In this document: positions 10,157 to 19,825 of the stretch, in pieces | How positions within the stretch are numbered: position 1 is the first letter of the stretch | Layout: every line of letters begins with the position of its first letter | Assembly (NCBI GenBank): GCA_016839765.1 | Contig: JAEOTP010000069.1 | Span: 32,001 to 96,000 of the forward strand | Reading direction: 5' to 3' | Length of the DNA stretch: 64,000 nt | Source of the DNA: Promethearchaeota archaeon | GTDB lineage: Archaea > Asgardarchaeota > Lokiarchaeia > Sigyniarchaeales > SOKP01 | The notes under the pieces: generated by a model | What the model saw: the letters and a program-made list of their open reading frames with translations, nothing else | What the model was told of the DNA's origin: nothing | Database searches by the model: none | Made by a program: the position numbers and the translations under genes

Positions 10157-10897
10157 TTAACCATTATCCAACAAAAGTTTTGCATCTGTTAGAATAAACC
10201 CAGAATGTATAAGGACCGTAAATTTTTTTGACTCCAAAAAATTTTTAATTTCTCTTCCTACCCTTTCAGCTTTTGCCTCATCTATTCCATGAGAATATTC
10301 GATAACTGATTTTACTGTCTTTAATAAATATTTATCACTTTCACGTGGAGTAGTGATGGAGATCGATTTTGCCCCAGCAATTTGACCAATTTTTTTTAGC
10401 TCTTGTTCTAAAGGACCAATTGCAAAAAATTCTCGATTTTTCCTTTCAATTTTTTCTGCCAATATCTTTTCTAAATTGTCTCTTGTCTGCTTATCATAAA
10501 AAGCTGTTAATTCTTGAGAGCAAATTTGCTTGTATTTTCCTGAAATTAATTTATCCTTTTCTTGTATAAACTTTATTAGGTTACCATAATACTTTTCATC
10601 GAGCTTCTGGAAGGTTTCTACATTCTTTACAAAATCAGTTAAATAATCAAGTAAGTCAAAATAGAATTTCAATTCAGACTTAATTTGTAATTTATCATTA
10701 ATCTCTTTTATTTCAGGATAATATTTCTTCAATATTTCATTAATCTGCTTGTTACACGCGGCGCATAATTTAGCGATCATATCTACACTGCTAATTGACC
10801 TCTTACGTACCTGTTCTAATACATCGTTATCTAATTTTGATAAATTCTCAAATATTTCAGTAATTTTCGCTCTATATTTTTTTTCAATATAAGACAT
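10157..10897 (-). CDS. Hypothetical protein (helical)
   Basis: 246-aa ORF with typical composition; no motif recognised. Confidence 0.7.
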   Translation of the reverse strand: MSYIEKKYRAKITEIFENLSKLDNDVLEQVRKRSISSVDMIAKLCAACNKQINEILKKYYPEIKEINDKLQIKSELKFYFDLLDYLTDFVKNVETFQKLDEKYYGNLIKFIQEKDKLISGKYKQICSQELTAFYDKQTRDNLEKILAEKIERKNREFFAIGPLEQELKKIGQIAGAKSISITTPRESDKYLLKTVKSVIEYSHGIDEAKAERVGREIKNFLESKKFTVLIHSGFILTDAKLLLDNG

Positions 10898-11037
10898 TCC
10901 TAAGAAGAAAATAGAGTAGACATTTAAAACATTATATATTTGAAAAAAGTTATTAAATCTTCAAGGAAAATAAAGGTATTTGGATATAACTCTTCCAGAA
11001 AATTAATATTTCCCACTAACTAACTTTTTTCTCCTTT

Positions 11038-12243
11038 CTATAAACCAAAAAAAGTACCCACAGTCATAACTGTACCACTTATGAGAGAAACGGTAAAATT
11101 ATCATTTAAATTGAAAGAAAATAGTTCAACTAAAGGTGCTGTAATACCACCAATTACCAAGATTGGCAATGGAATATTTAAAGTAGTATATAGGACGAAC
11201 CCAACAATCAATACACAGCCACAATACGCTAATGTTCCCTCAAGCGTCTTATTAAAAATCTTGTGTCTTCCAAAGGCAAGACCGAAAAGTTTTGAAAAGA
11301 TATCACCAAAAATCAAGAAGGTTAGAGAGATTATTGCAATATCTTTTTTAAAAAGAAGTATAGCTATAAATGCAGCAACTAAAAATAAGGTCATAGATGA
11401 AAATTTTTTTTCCTCATGCTTTCTAAACAATGCTTTCACTTTGGTTGTTAATACCACATTTGTTTGATGATGGATAAATCTTATGATGTCAAGAAAGATA
11501 AAACATAAACCTACTATTCCTATTATAATAAGAGCTAATGTTTGTGTATAAAAAACGTAAAATAAAATAAATAATACGGCAAAAGGACGTGTTGCAGTTC
11601 GCCACCAATGAGCTTTAAAATTTTCATCTTGAATGGTCATTTTCTTCTTAATTATTACGTTATAAAGTTGTATAGAAACAATATATGTAAGGATTATGGT
11701 TAAGTAGATAGTGTATTGGACTTCAGGGTAATAAACAAAAAGAGTATAGGCAAGTACAGGAATAACAGTAATTCCTACAAGTTCTCCAGTTTTGGTTACA
11801 TATCCAAAAATAGCAACAATTATAAAGAGAAATAACAAGATAAAGAAAATTTCTAGGCCAAATGAAAAATAGCACACAAGATAATATAATAAAATGCCTG
11901 TGGAGGTGGCTACTCCTTGCCCTCCTCTGAACCTTAGATAAAATGGAAGTATGTGTCCGAGGATTGCAGCAAGTCCACTGATCTGTATGAAGATGTATTC
12001 CGCTCCAATCACTGCCGCGAGGAATATAGATAATAATCCTTTAATTGTATCATAAATAGCTGTTGGGATCGCGTATGAAAGACCCAATGTTTTATATACA
12101 TTTGAAGTACCAGCATTACGAGTTCCTACCTCTCTTATATCAATATTTTTCAATCTACCGAATATATATGCCGGATTAATTGTACCTATAAAATACCCTA
12201 TACATATACTTAAAATATTTACTAACAAAATAACACCATTCAC
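11038..12243 (-). CDS. PlsY-like glycerol-3-phosphate acyltransferase domain fused to a CTP-dependent lipid kinase domain (Sec59/Dgk1/Vte5 family), paralog 1
   Basis: N-half: GYFIGTI, DIREVGTRNAGTSN, DTIKG, GHILPFYLRFRGGQGVAT. C-half: FGDIFSKLFG..FGRHK...KTLEG and NDNF. Confidence 0.85.
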   Translation of the reverse strand: MNGVILLVNILSICIGYFIGTINPAYIFGRLKNIDIREVGTRNAGTSNVYKTLGLSYAIPTAIYDTIKGLLSIFLAAVIGAEYIFIQISGLAAILGHILPFYLRFRGGQGVATSTGILLYYLVCYFSFGLEIFFILLFLFIIVAIFGYVTKTGELVGITVIPVLAYTLFVYYPEVQYTIYLTIILTYIVSIQLYNVIIKKKMTIQDENFKAHWWRTATRPFAVLFILFYVFYTQTLALIIIGIVGLCFIFLDIIRFIHHQTNVVLTTKVKALFRKHEEKKFSSMTLFLVAAFIAILLFKKDIAIISLTFLIFGDIFSKLFGLAFGRHKIFNKTLEGTLAYCGCVLIVGFVLYTTLNIPLPILVIGGITAPLVELFSFNLNDNFTVSLISGTVMTVGTFFGL

Positions 12244-12392
12244 AGAAACACCGATTTGTGATAAGAATCTATTATTTATAAATATATTTAGGTTTACTTA
12301 CTTGTTGAGGAAGTAAATATTTTATTTCAATATTCCATATCGTTTTGAATTTCTAAATAATATTAATAGATTTTTCATCGATTTTAGTTAAA

Positions 12393-13601
12393 TTAAAAAC
12401 CGAAAAGGGTAATTACTGTCATAATGGTACCGCTTAATATGGGCACAGTGAAATTATCATCAACGCCTATAGGTAAAAATTCCGTAATTGTAGCAGTAAT
12501 TCCTCCCCATAAAAGCAAAATTAAAGGATAATTGAAGGAGGCAAACATTATATAAGCACAGATTAATACGCATCCAAAAAAAGAAAGCGATCCCTCTACA
12601 GTTTTATGGAAAAGCTTATGTTTTCCAAAAGCAAGTCCAAACACCTTACCAAACATGTCACAGAACGTTAAATAAATTATAGCAATAATAGCAATAGGCA
12701 TTTCAAATAAAAGAACGGTAACGAAAAACCCTATTAGAAATATTGTCATTGTAGAGAATTTCTTTTTCTCCTCTTTCCTAAAAATCTTTTTTATTCTCTC
12801 TGTGAAGAGTACATTTGCTTGTCGATGAAGGAATCTTACGAGATCTAAAGCGATAAAACATAATCCTACAATCCCGATAACAATAAGAGCCATTTCTTTT
12901 GAATAGCATATATAAAAAACAAGAAATAGCAAGGCAACTGGCCGTATTATGACCCGCCACCAATGGGATTTGAAAGTTTCATCTTCTATTCTCAGTTTTT
13001 TATCCTTTATAATATGATAAATGCAAAATGAAAAAATATAAGCAAGAATTATCCAAAAAAACAGATTATATTCAACATCTGGATAAAATACAAAGACAGT
13101 ATACCCAACAAGGGGGAGAATTATTGCTCCTAATATCTTTCCCGTTCTAGACACATATACAAAAATCGCAATAATTAATGCCATATAGAAAAAAAAGAAA
13201 AACATTTCAAGACCAACTAGTAGATAATTTACCATATACATAATTAAAATTCCAGTTGCACAAGCTAGCCCTCGTCCACCTTTAAAACGAATATAAAATG
13301 GAAATATATGCCCAGCAATTGCTGCCAATCCACTCAAATGAGCAAAAAAATAATCTGCTCCTAAGAAAAAAGCTAAAAAAATTACCCCAACACCTTTTAA
13401 TGTATCAAAAATTGCAGTTGGAATCGCGTAGGCTTTTCCTAAAGTACGAAAAGTATTCATCGTCCCAGCAATCCCTGTGCCTTGCTCTCTAATATCAATC
13501 TTTTTAATTGTTCTAACTAAAATATAGGCAGGTAGAATTGAACCAATTAAATACCCAATAACTGGGCTCAGTGTATTAATAAATATCGTATAAGGATCCA
13601 T
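12393..13601 (-). CDS. PlsY-like / CTP-dependent lipid kinase fusion, paralog 2
   Basis: GYLIGSI, DIREQGTGIAGTMN, DTLKG, GHIFPFYIRFKGGRGLA; DMFGKVFG..FGKHK...KTVEG and DDNF; colinear with paralog 1. Confidence 0.85.
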   Translation of the reverse strand: MDPYTIFINTLSPVIGYLIGSILPAYILVRTIKKIDIREQGTGIAGTMNTFRTLGKAYAIPTAIFDTLKGVGVIFLAFFLGADYFFAHLSGLAAIAGHIFPFYIRFKGGRGLACATGILIMYMVNYLLVGLEMFFFFFYMALIIAIFVYVSRTGKILGAIILPLVGYTVFVFYPDVEYNLFFWIILAYIFSFCIYHIIKDKKLRIEDETFKSHWWRVIIRPVALLFLVFYICYSKEMALIVIGIVGLCFIALDLVRFLHRQANVLFTERIKKIFRKEEKKKFSTMTIFLIGFFVTVLLFEMPIAIIAIIYLTFCDMFGKVFGLAFGKHKLFHKTVEGSLSFFGCVLICAYIMFASFNYPLILLLWGGITATITEFLPIGVDDNFTVPILSGTIMTVITLFGF

Positions 13602-13804
13602 AAAAAAATCTTTTTTTTAGAGTATTTTATTATAAGAAATATTTTGTCATCTTTGTTAATAAGTTTTCAGAAATACGATCTCTTAAGAATCCTAAAATAA
13701 CTATGAATAGCCAAACTACATTAGAATTAAAAAATATTAAAAAAAAAGAAAAATAAAAAAATCAATCAATTCAAATTTAATTAATCTTGAAATAGATTAA
13801 CCAA

Positions 13805-14737
13805 TTAGCCTAATTTGCTTTTTATTTGCTTAGATCTGCTTCTTAATGTGACTTCGGTGACTTTAGCAATTTCTGAGACTTCTGCTTGAGTTTTACGACA
13901 ATTGCTTGACTTAGCAGCCATATAAATAACACTCGCTGCTAACCCTTTTGGATCTTTTCCCGTGCGAAGTAAGCCATTTTTGGACGCTTGGGCAAGCATG
14001 TTGATTGCCTTCTTTTGCACCTCCATAGGTAAACCCAAATCGTTACCGAACCGAAATACTAGCTGTTCAGCGGTGATCGGTTTATATCTAAGCGAAAGTT
14101 CCGGGAGAACCTCTTTAACAATCATCCCTAAGCTTCTATGGACAGTTCGCCTTGGAGTCATTGAAGAATCGCATACTTCCTCTAAGAGTCTAGGAAATTC
14201 ATGTACTCGGATCGCAGCGTATAACGCAGCGGCAATAAAACCATCAATTGATCGACCCATCGTTAACTTCTTCTTAGCAACAACTGAATAAATCTTCCAC
14301 GCAGTTTCTTTAATATACTCCGGGATATTCATCTTAGAAGTAAGCATCTTCAATTTTGGCTTTGCTTCCCAGAAATTTCTTTCAATACTGGAGATTAATG
14401 AATTCTGAATTTTAGAAAGTCTTGAGAATAATGTTTTACCCTTTGCATTGATGAGTCTACCCTTACTATCGATTTTGGTGTTTGGTAACATAGTTCTGGG
14501 CCCAAATTCCCTCCACCGCGGTTCAGTCCTTCTCCTCTTGTTCACCTCTTCTACAGTATATGCCCGTCTCTCATTTCCAACCAAATTGCGACTCTGAATC
14601 ATTCCGCAACTTAAACAAACGATATCTCCATCTTTGGACTCAATACACGGATTATCACAGCATTGCTCACTGCTACTTTTCTCATTTGAACTATCAGTTC
14701 TTTCCGAATAGTGCCGAAGTCTATCTTTGTAGCTCAT
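13805..14737 (-). CDS. tfb: Transcription initiation factor IIB (TFB)
   Basis: N-terminal Zn ribbon (CCDNPC...CLSCG), two cyclin repeats, GKDPKGLAA and VTEVTLRSR motifs. Confidence 0.95.
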   Translation of the reverse strand: MSYKDRLRHYSERTDSSNEKSSSEQCCDNPCIESKDGDIVCLSCGMIQSRNLVGNERRAYTVEEVNKRRRTEPRWREFGPRTMLPNTKIDSKGRLINAKGKTLFSRLSKIQNSLISSIERNFWEAKPKLKMLTSKMNIPEYIKETAWKIYSVVAKKKLTMGRSIDGFIAAALYAAIRVHEFPRLLEEVCDSSMTPRRTVHRSLGMIVKEVLPELSLRYKPITAEQLVFRFGNDLGLPMEVQKKAINMLAQASKNGLLRTGKDPKGLAASVIYMAAKSSNCRKTQAEVSEIAKVTEVTLRSRSKQIKSKLG

Positions 14738-14987
14738 ATTTTTTCACATTTATGTATTAATTCTAAATATATATCCATATTACGGATACTAAAACTTAAT
14801 TGTTTTAAATTATAAATTATAATATTCCCCAATGAAATCTTACAATTTAAACCTATCCAATAAATTATTAAGATAGTCACATATTTAAAGATATTTCTGT
14901 AAAAATTATTTTGTTGTGGGGCAACAAGCCCATCTAACCCGTGATTAAAACAAGAATAATTATAAAATATAAGTGACATCTCGATCA

Positions 14988-16280
14988 TTACTTTTCTTTT
15001 AGAATAGGGATGATTTGGGGTCCATTTGGTAAAATTAGTATCCTAGCATTAGGACCATGTTTAGATAAGGACATTCGGATTGCAGCTTCTATTGATTCAG
15101 CGTATTTTAAGCCTATATTACCCAATCCATCTCTATTTATTGTAGAGATAACATATACTTCAGCTTTCATCATAATTCTTGTTAGAATTTGAATTTCCCA
15201 TATATCAATCATAGTTATTTCTTTAGATAATGCTTTTCGATAAATATCTTCAGGTTTTTTTTTAGAAAAAAGGAGATCTTTAAATTTATCATGACCAACG
15301 CCAATACCGTCAATACACTCATTTACAGAAATTATGGTCCCTCCCTCCTTAACAGCTATTTCTCCAATTCCCATACTCTTTACAGCTTGGTATAAATTAA
15401 GATCCAATGGGTATCCTCCATTTCCGCATATTACTATGTCATAGGGGTTATCAATCTCTTTAAATATGTAGTTTAATTGGTAATCAACCAATTTTTTATG
15501 CACTTCTTCTAAATCACCAGCTGCAACTTGAGTAATTCTATGTTCCTCGTTAATGCAAACATTTATTACAAAATCTACACCCGATAACCTAGCAATTTCT
15601 GTAGAATTTTTTGCCATTGGATTATTTTCATATATTCCAAATCTTGAATAAGGAGAATCGATATTTTCAACAGAATGATTAGCTTGAATTGTTAACGCTC
15701 CAGAAATTCCTGGTACTATAGATTTCCTGCCGCCAGAAAATCCAAAAAAGAAGTGAGGTTCAACATAGCCAGTTAAAATCTTTAAGTCGCTCTCATAATA
15801 ATATTTATTTATATAAATTGGTACTCCATCTTCGGTATCTCCTAAATAAATAAGAGAATCATTATCTCTAGCGTTATGATTAATATATTTAATTCTATTT
15901 AAAAGATCTGTTCCTATTATTCTTTCTAATTCATAATCATACGTTGTTCGATGAAGTCCAGTTGCAATTAATACTCCTATTTGATTATCTTTTATACCAT
16001 ATTCATTTAATTCAGCTATTAGAGCTTCAAGAATGATATTCGAAGGAACTGGTCTTGTAGCATCAGATACTACAATACAAATTTGATTTAACTTTTTCCT
16101 TTGATCAACGATTTCCTTTAGTGGAGGGGTCCCTATAGGATTATTAATCCAATTTTTAATGACATTTTTTGGATTTTCAATTACAACTTGCTTTATTGGA
16201 TGAATTATTGTTGCATTCCAATTCGGATCAAGAGAAAATTCTAAGCTTGTTTTACCATAGTCAAATTTCACATTTCTCAC
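14988..16280 (-). CDS. larA: Nickel pincer-dependent lactate racemase family (LarA)
   Basis: SDATRP, ATGLHR, EPHFFFGFSGGRKS and GGYPLDLNLYQAVK motifs. Confidence 0.88.
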   Translation of the reverse strand: MRNVKFDYGKTSLEFSLDPNWNATIIHPIKQVVIENPKNVIKNWINNPIGTPPLKEIVDQRKKLNQICIVVSDATRPVPSNIILEALIAELNEYGIKDNQIGVLIATGLHRTTYDYELERIIGTDLLNRIKYINHNARDNDSLIYLGDTEDGVPIYINKYYYESDLKILTGYVEPHFFFGFSGGRKSIVPGISGALTIQANHSVENIDSPYSRFGIYENNPMAKNSTEIARLSGVDFVINVCINEEHRITQVAAGDLEEVHKKLVDYQLNYIFKEIDNPYDIVICGNGGYPLDLNLYQAVKSMGIGEIAVKEGGTIISVNECIDGIGVGHDKFKDLLFSKKKPEDIYRKALSKEITMIDIWEIQILTRIMMKAEVYVISTINRDGLGNIGLKYAESIEAAIRMSLSKHGPNARILILPNGPQIIPILKEK

Positions 16281-16304
16281 CTGATGATATAATTGACTCT
16301 TTTA

Positions 16305-17189
16305 TTATAATGTGCTGAATTCTTCCCCACGATACCCCCAAGATCTCAATATCTTTTCAGCATCAGAAATGATATTGCCTATAAAACTTTTTAAAGGAAT
16401 AATTTCTTTAATATGCCCTGCTGCTGGACTCCAAATAGTTTTATCTTTTAATTGAAAATGGAAAATTTTTTTATAATATTCTGGGTCAAAAATGTCTTGT
16501 TTAATTAACTTCTTTTTGTAGCTCTGTGGAACTCCACATTCTTCCGTAGCCATAATCGCTGTTCCAAAACATACAGCATCAGCCCCCATTGCCAAAGCAG
16601 CAAGAAAGCCACGTGCATCACCGATTCCTCCAGCAGCAATAATAGGAATTTTTAACAGCCTTTTAGCCATAGTAATATTTACTAAAGTAGTATTCTGGAG
16701 AGGATTTTTAAAGCCAGTACCTTCTAAACCCACCAATGTTATCGCATCAGCACCCATATTTTCTGCTGATTGTGCATGTTTTAAAGTTGTACATTTATGA
16801 AACCATAATCCTCCAGCTTTGTGTATCTTTTTTCCAATATTAGGAGCTTGATATGCTGATGTTGTAAAGATTTTGACTCCGTTATCTAATGCAATATCAA
16901 CAAAATCCAAATAATATTTCTCATTTTTTGGATTAGAAACCCTTTTTGCCGTCTCTGGGGGCATTATGGAAAAGTTTATACCAAATGGTCTATTTGTTAA
17001 ATTTTTCATAAGTTGCAATTCTTCGCGAAACACCCCATTTGTGTTGAAGTTTAACGCGGTGATGATACCTAAACCTCCAGAATCAGAAAATTTAGCGGCA
17101 AAATTAGCCCTCCCTACTCCAGCAAAAGCTCCCATAATCACAGGATATTTTATTCCTGTCAACTGAGTGATTTTAGTTTTCCATTTCAT
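16305..17189 (-). CDS. Nitronate monooxygenase / FabK-like FMN oxidoreductase
   Basis: GIKYPVI, PFGINF and IAAGGIGDARG..AALAMGADAV.FGT motifs. Confidence 0.85.
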   Translation of the reverse strand: MKWKTKITQLTGIKYPVIMGAFAGVGRANFAAKFSDSGGLGIITALNFNTNGVFREELQLMKNLTNRPFGINFSIMPPETAKRVSNPKNEKYYLDFVDIALDNGVKIFTTSAYQAPNIGKKIHKAGGLWFHKCTTLKHAQSAENMGADAITLVGLEGTGFKNPLQNTTLVNITMAKRLLKIPIIAAGGIGDARGFLAALAMGADAVCFGTAIMATEECGVPQSYKKKLIKQDIFDPEYYKKIFHFQLKDKTIWSPAAGHIKEIIPLKSFIGNIISDAEKILRSWGYRGEEFSTL

Positions 17190-17344
17190 TATTAACTATT
17201 CCTTCATTCAAAAAAAAACAGAAAAAAATGCAATTTTAAAGTTGTATTAATTTTATATTATTAAAAGTAGATATATTTTCTTATAGGAAAAGGTTAAAGT
17301 TTTGTTAATTTTTAACTGGTTAAAATAAAGTTTAGGGGATAATA

Positions 17345-17764
17345 TTGACAAAAATACTTAAGGATTTATGGGTGCTTACATCTACTGGGGCTACATTATT
17401 TTCCAGAGTGCTGGATAAAGCGAAGCTGAATCCCCAACTATTTGGAGCTTTGATGTCTGCTTTAAATACATTTGCAGAAAAACTTTCTGACGGAGGAATA
17501 TCTAATTTTGAAATGAGAAACATTAGGTTTGTAGTTGTAAGAAGAAGAGATTTTCTTTTCGTTGGCACAGCTCTCAATAAAATTAAAGAGAAAAAAGTAG
17601 TTGAAGAATTAAAAGTAATTAGTGATAGATTTTTTGATGTATATCCCTCGGATGTTTTGCTAAATTGGGATGGTGATATAAATATTTTTTCTAATTTTGG
17701 GCAATTTATAGAGAATTCTTTAGAAAAACCAATTGACAAATTAAAGGAAGCATTTTGGTCTTAA
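17345..17764 (+). CDS. Longin-like domain protein (Asgard eukaryote-signature type)
   Basis: LWVLTSTGATLFSR...LFGALMSALNTFAEKL...FVV...FLFVG, a longin beta-beta-alpha-beta-beta-beta-alpha pattern. Confidence 0.65.
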   Translation: MTKILKDLWVLTSTGATLFSRVLDKAKLNPQLFGALMSALNTFAEKLSDGGISNFEMRNIRFVVVRRRDFLFVGTALNKIKEKKVVEELKVISDRFFDVYPSDVLLNWDGDINIFSNFGQFIENSLEKPIDKLKEAFWS

Positions 17765-17880
17765 AATTAACTTATTATTCTGAAGATATTAAAAATTATT
17801 TGCTATAACCATAAAAAATTTAAGATTAATAATATATTACTTACATGAATTAAATAAAATAATTCCAATCCGATTTATTT

Positions 17881-18219
17881 ATGACAAAGAACAACAATAT
17901 TGATGAAAAAACCTTAAATAAAGGAAAAGTTATTCGAGATTTTGAAGAAGAATTCAATAATAAGAGATTAAGCCCACTTTCATCAAATACTTTTAGTAAT
18001 ATTATTAAAAATTTGTCTACTCCTCGTTTTCTTGGATCTTATCATCTTAAAGAAGCAATAAATCCTAAATTTAAATCAGTTGAAAGACTATTAAGAGGAG
18101 ATATTCAATTAAAATATACAAAATCTTTAAGAAATGTTGTATTTAATCCAATTACAATAGCTCTAATTATTATTGCTTTAGCCTTCAATTTATTTTGGTT
18201 ATTTACAATTTTATTTTAA
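17881..18219 (+). CDS. Hypothetical tail-anchored membrane protein
   Basis: Single hydrophobic segment at the extreme C-terminus. Confidence 0.6.
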   Translation: MTKNNNIDEKTLNKGKVIRDFEEEFNNKRLSPLSSNTFSNIIKNLSTPRFLGSYHLKEAINPKFKSVERLLRGDIQLKYTKSLRNVVFNPITIALIIIALAFNLFWLFTILF

Positions 18220-18355
18220 AGTGTAAATAAAAAGATCAAAATCTTCCTTTTCTTTAAATCAACAATTCCATATTTCTAAATAAATTTTAAAGAAATCTTA
18301 CTATTTATAACATAGATCTATCGATTTATTTTTAAGATTAAATGGGGTTTAATTA

Positions 18356-19825
18356 TTGATATTTGATGTTATCGTAATTGGTGGCGGAGTAATTGGTTGC
18401 TGCATAGCACGTACTTTATCTAAATATGATTTAAATATTTGTTTAATAGAAAAAGAAGCAGATATTGCAAGTGGTACAACAAAAGGTAATTCTGGCGTTG
18501 TTCATGCAGGATATGGAGCTCCAAGGGAGCATACCAGGAGACAGTTTTGTATAAAAGGTAATAAACTCTATACTCAAGCAGTGGAAGAATTAAATTTTCC
18601 TTTTCAGAGGATAGGTTCTTTTGTCGTAGCTGTAGAAGATAGTCAAATAAAATTTCTTGAAGAGGAACGGAAACGGGGAATAGAAGATGGTATTCCGGGA
18701 CTGGAGCTAATATTAGATAAAGAAAGAATTAAATACATGGAACCAAATCTTACAGATGATGTTATCGGCGTGCTTCATGCACCCACAGCAGGCATTGTTA
18801 GTCCTTATGAAATGACTTTTGCTCTTGCTGAAAATGCTGCGACTAATGGAGTTAAATTCTTTCTAAATGCAAAAGTTAAAAAAATCACACATCAAGATTA
18901 TCTTTTTAAATTAAAAACTAAGGCCGGTGAATTTCAAGGACGAAATGTAATAAATGCGGCAGGGCTTTACGCTGCCAAAATCTCAAAAATGGTTGGTTTA
19001 GATTATTTTGAATTAATGCCAAGGAAAGGGGAATATATTTTATTTGATAGAAATGCCATGCATCTAAATAAAGTTCTATTTCCTATTCCTACTAAGGTAT
19101 CCAAGGGGATCCTAGTATGCCCTACTATCCATGGCAATACATTTGTAGGACCTAATGCTCAAAATATCACAGATAAGAAAGATATTTCAACCACCGAAGC
19201 AGGATTAAAAGAAATTATTGAGGGGGGTAGAGGATTAGTACCTAATTTACCATTACGAGCTTCAATAAAAAATTTTGCCGGACTGAGAGCTGTACCTGAT
19301 ACGTATGACTTTATTATTGATAATACAGATGTTTATGGATTTATCAATGTAGCTGGTATATTATCACCTGGGTTAACTTCATGTTATGCAATAGTTGAGA
19401 GAGTAGAAGAATATCTTGAATTACTAGGAGTAGAATTAAAAACTAAAGATGATTATAATCCTATACGACCAAAACCAGAAAGATTTAAAGATTTTTCTAA
19501 AGAGCAATTAGATGGGAAAATTAAAGAAGATCCCGCATGGGCTAGAATAATTTGCCGATGTGAAATGATTCCAGAAAAGGAAATTGTCGATGCAATTCAT
19601 AATCCTGTGGGAGCTAAAACTGTTGATGGAATAAAATTCCGTTGTAGACCAGGCATGGGGCGCTGTGGAGGAGGCTTTTGCCGCCCACGAGTCATAGAAA
19701 TATTATCTCGCGAATTGGGCATAACCTATCAAGAAGTAACAAAACGAGGCGAAGACACTTATTTTTTAATCGGTAAAACTAAAGATATTCAGTTGAGAAA
19801 TATTGAAGAGGGGGTTAAAGAATGA
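18356..19825 (+). CDS. FAD-dependent oxidoreductase, GlpA/LhgO-like (probable glycerol-3-phosphate dehydrogenase), with C-terminal BFD-like [2Fe-2S] domain
   Basis: GGGVIG, TTKGNSGVVHAG, SPGLTS; CRCE...RCRPGMGRCGGGFC. Confidence 0.85.
   Translation: MIFDVIVIGGGVIGCCIARTLSKYDLNICLIEKEADIASGTTKGNSGVVHAGYGAPREHTRRQFCIKGNKLYTQAVEELNFPFQRIGSFVVAVEDSQIKFLEEERKRGIEDGIPGLELILDKERIKYMEPNLTDDVIGVLHAPTAGIVSPYEMTFALAENAATNGVKFFLNAKVKKITHQDYLFKLKTKAGEFQGRNVINAAGLYAAKISKMVGLDYFELMPRKGEYILFDRNAMHLNKVLFPIPTKVSKGILVCPTIHGNTFVGPNAQNITDKKDISTTEAGLKEIIEGGRGLVPNLPLRASIKNFAGLRAVPDTYDFIIDNTDVYGFINVAGILSPGLTSCYAIVERVEEYLELLGVELKTKDDYNPIRPKPERFKDFSKEQLDGKIKEDPAWARIICRCEMIPEKEIVDAIHNPVGAKTVDGIKFRCRPGMGRCGGGFCRPRVIEILSRELGITYQEVTKRGEDTYFLIGKTKDIQLRNIEEGVKE

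Noticed and set aside
14734-14988. 84-aa ORF between larA and tfb
   Set aside because: No motifs, low-complexity AT-rich translation, and it overlaps the expected tfb promoter; probably spurious
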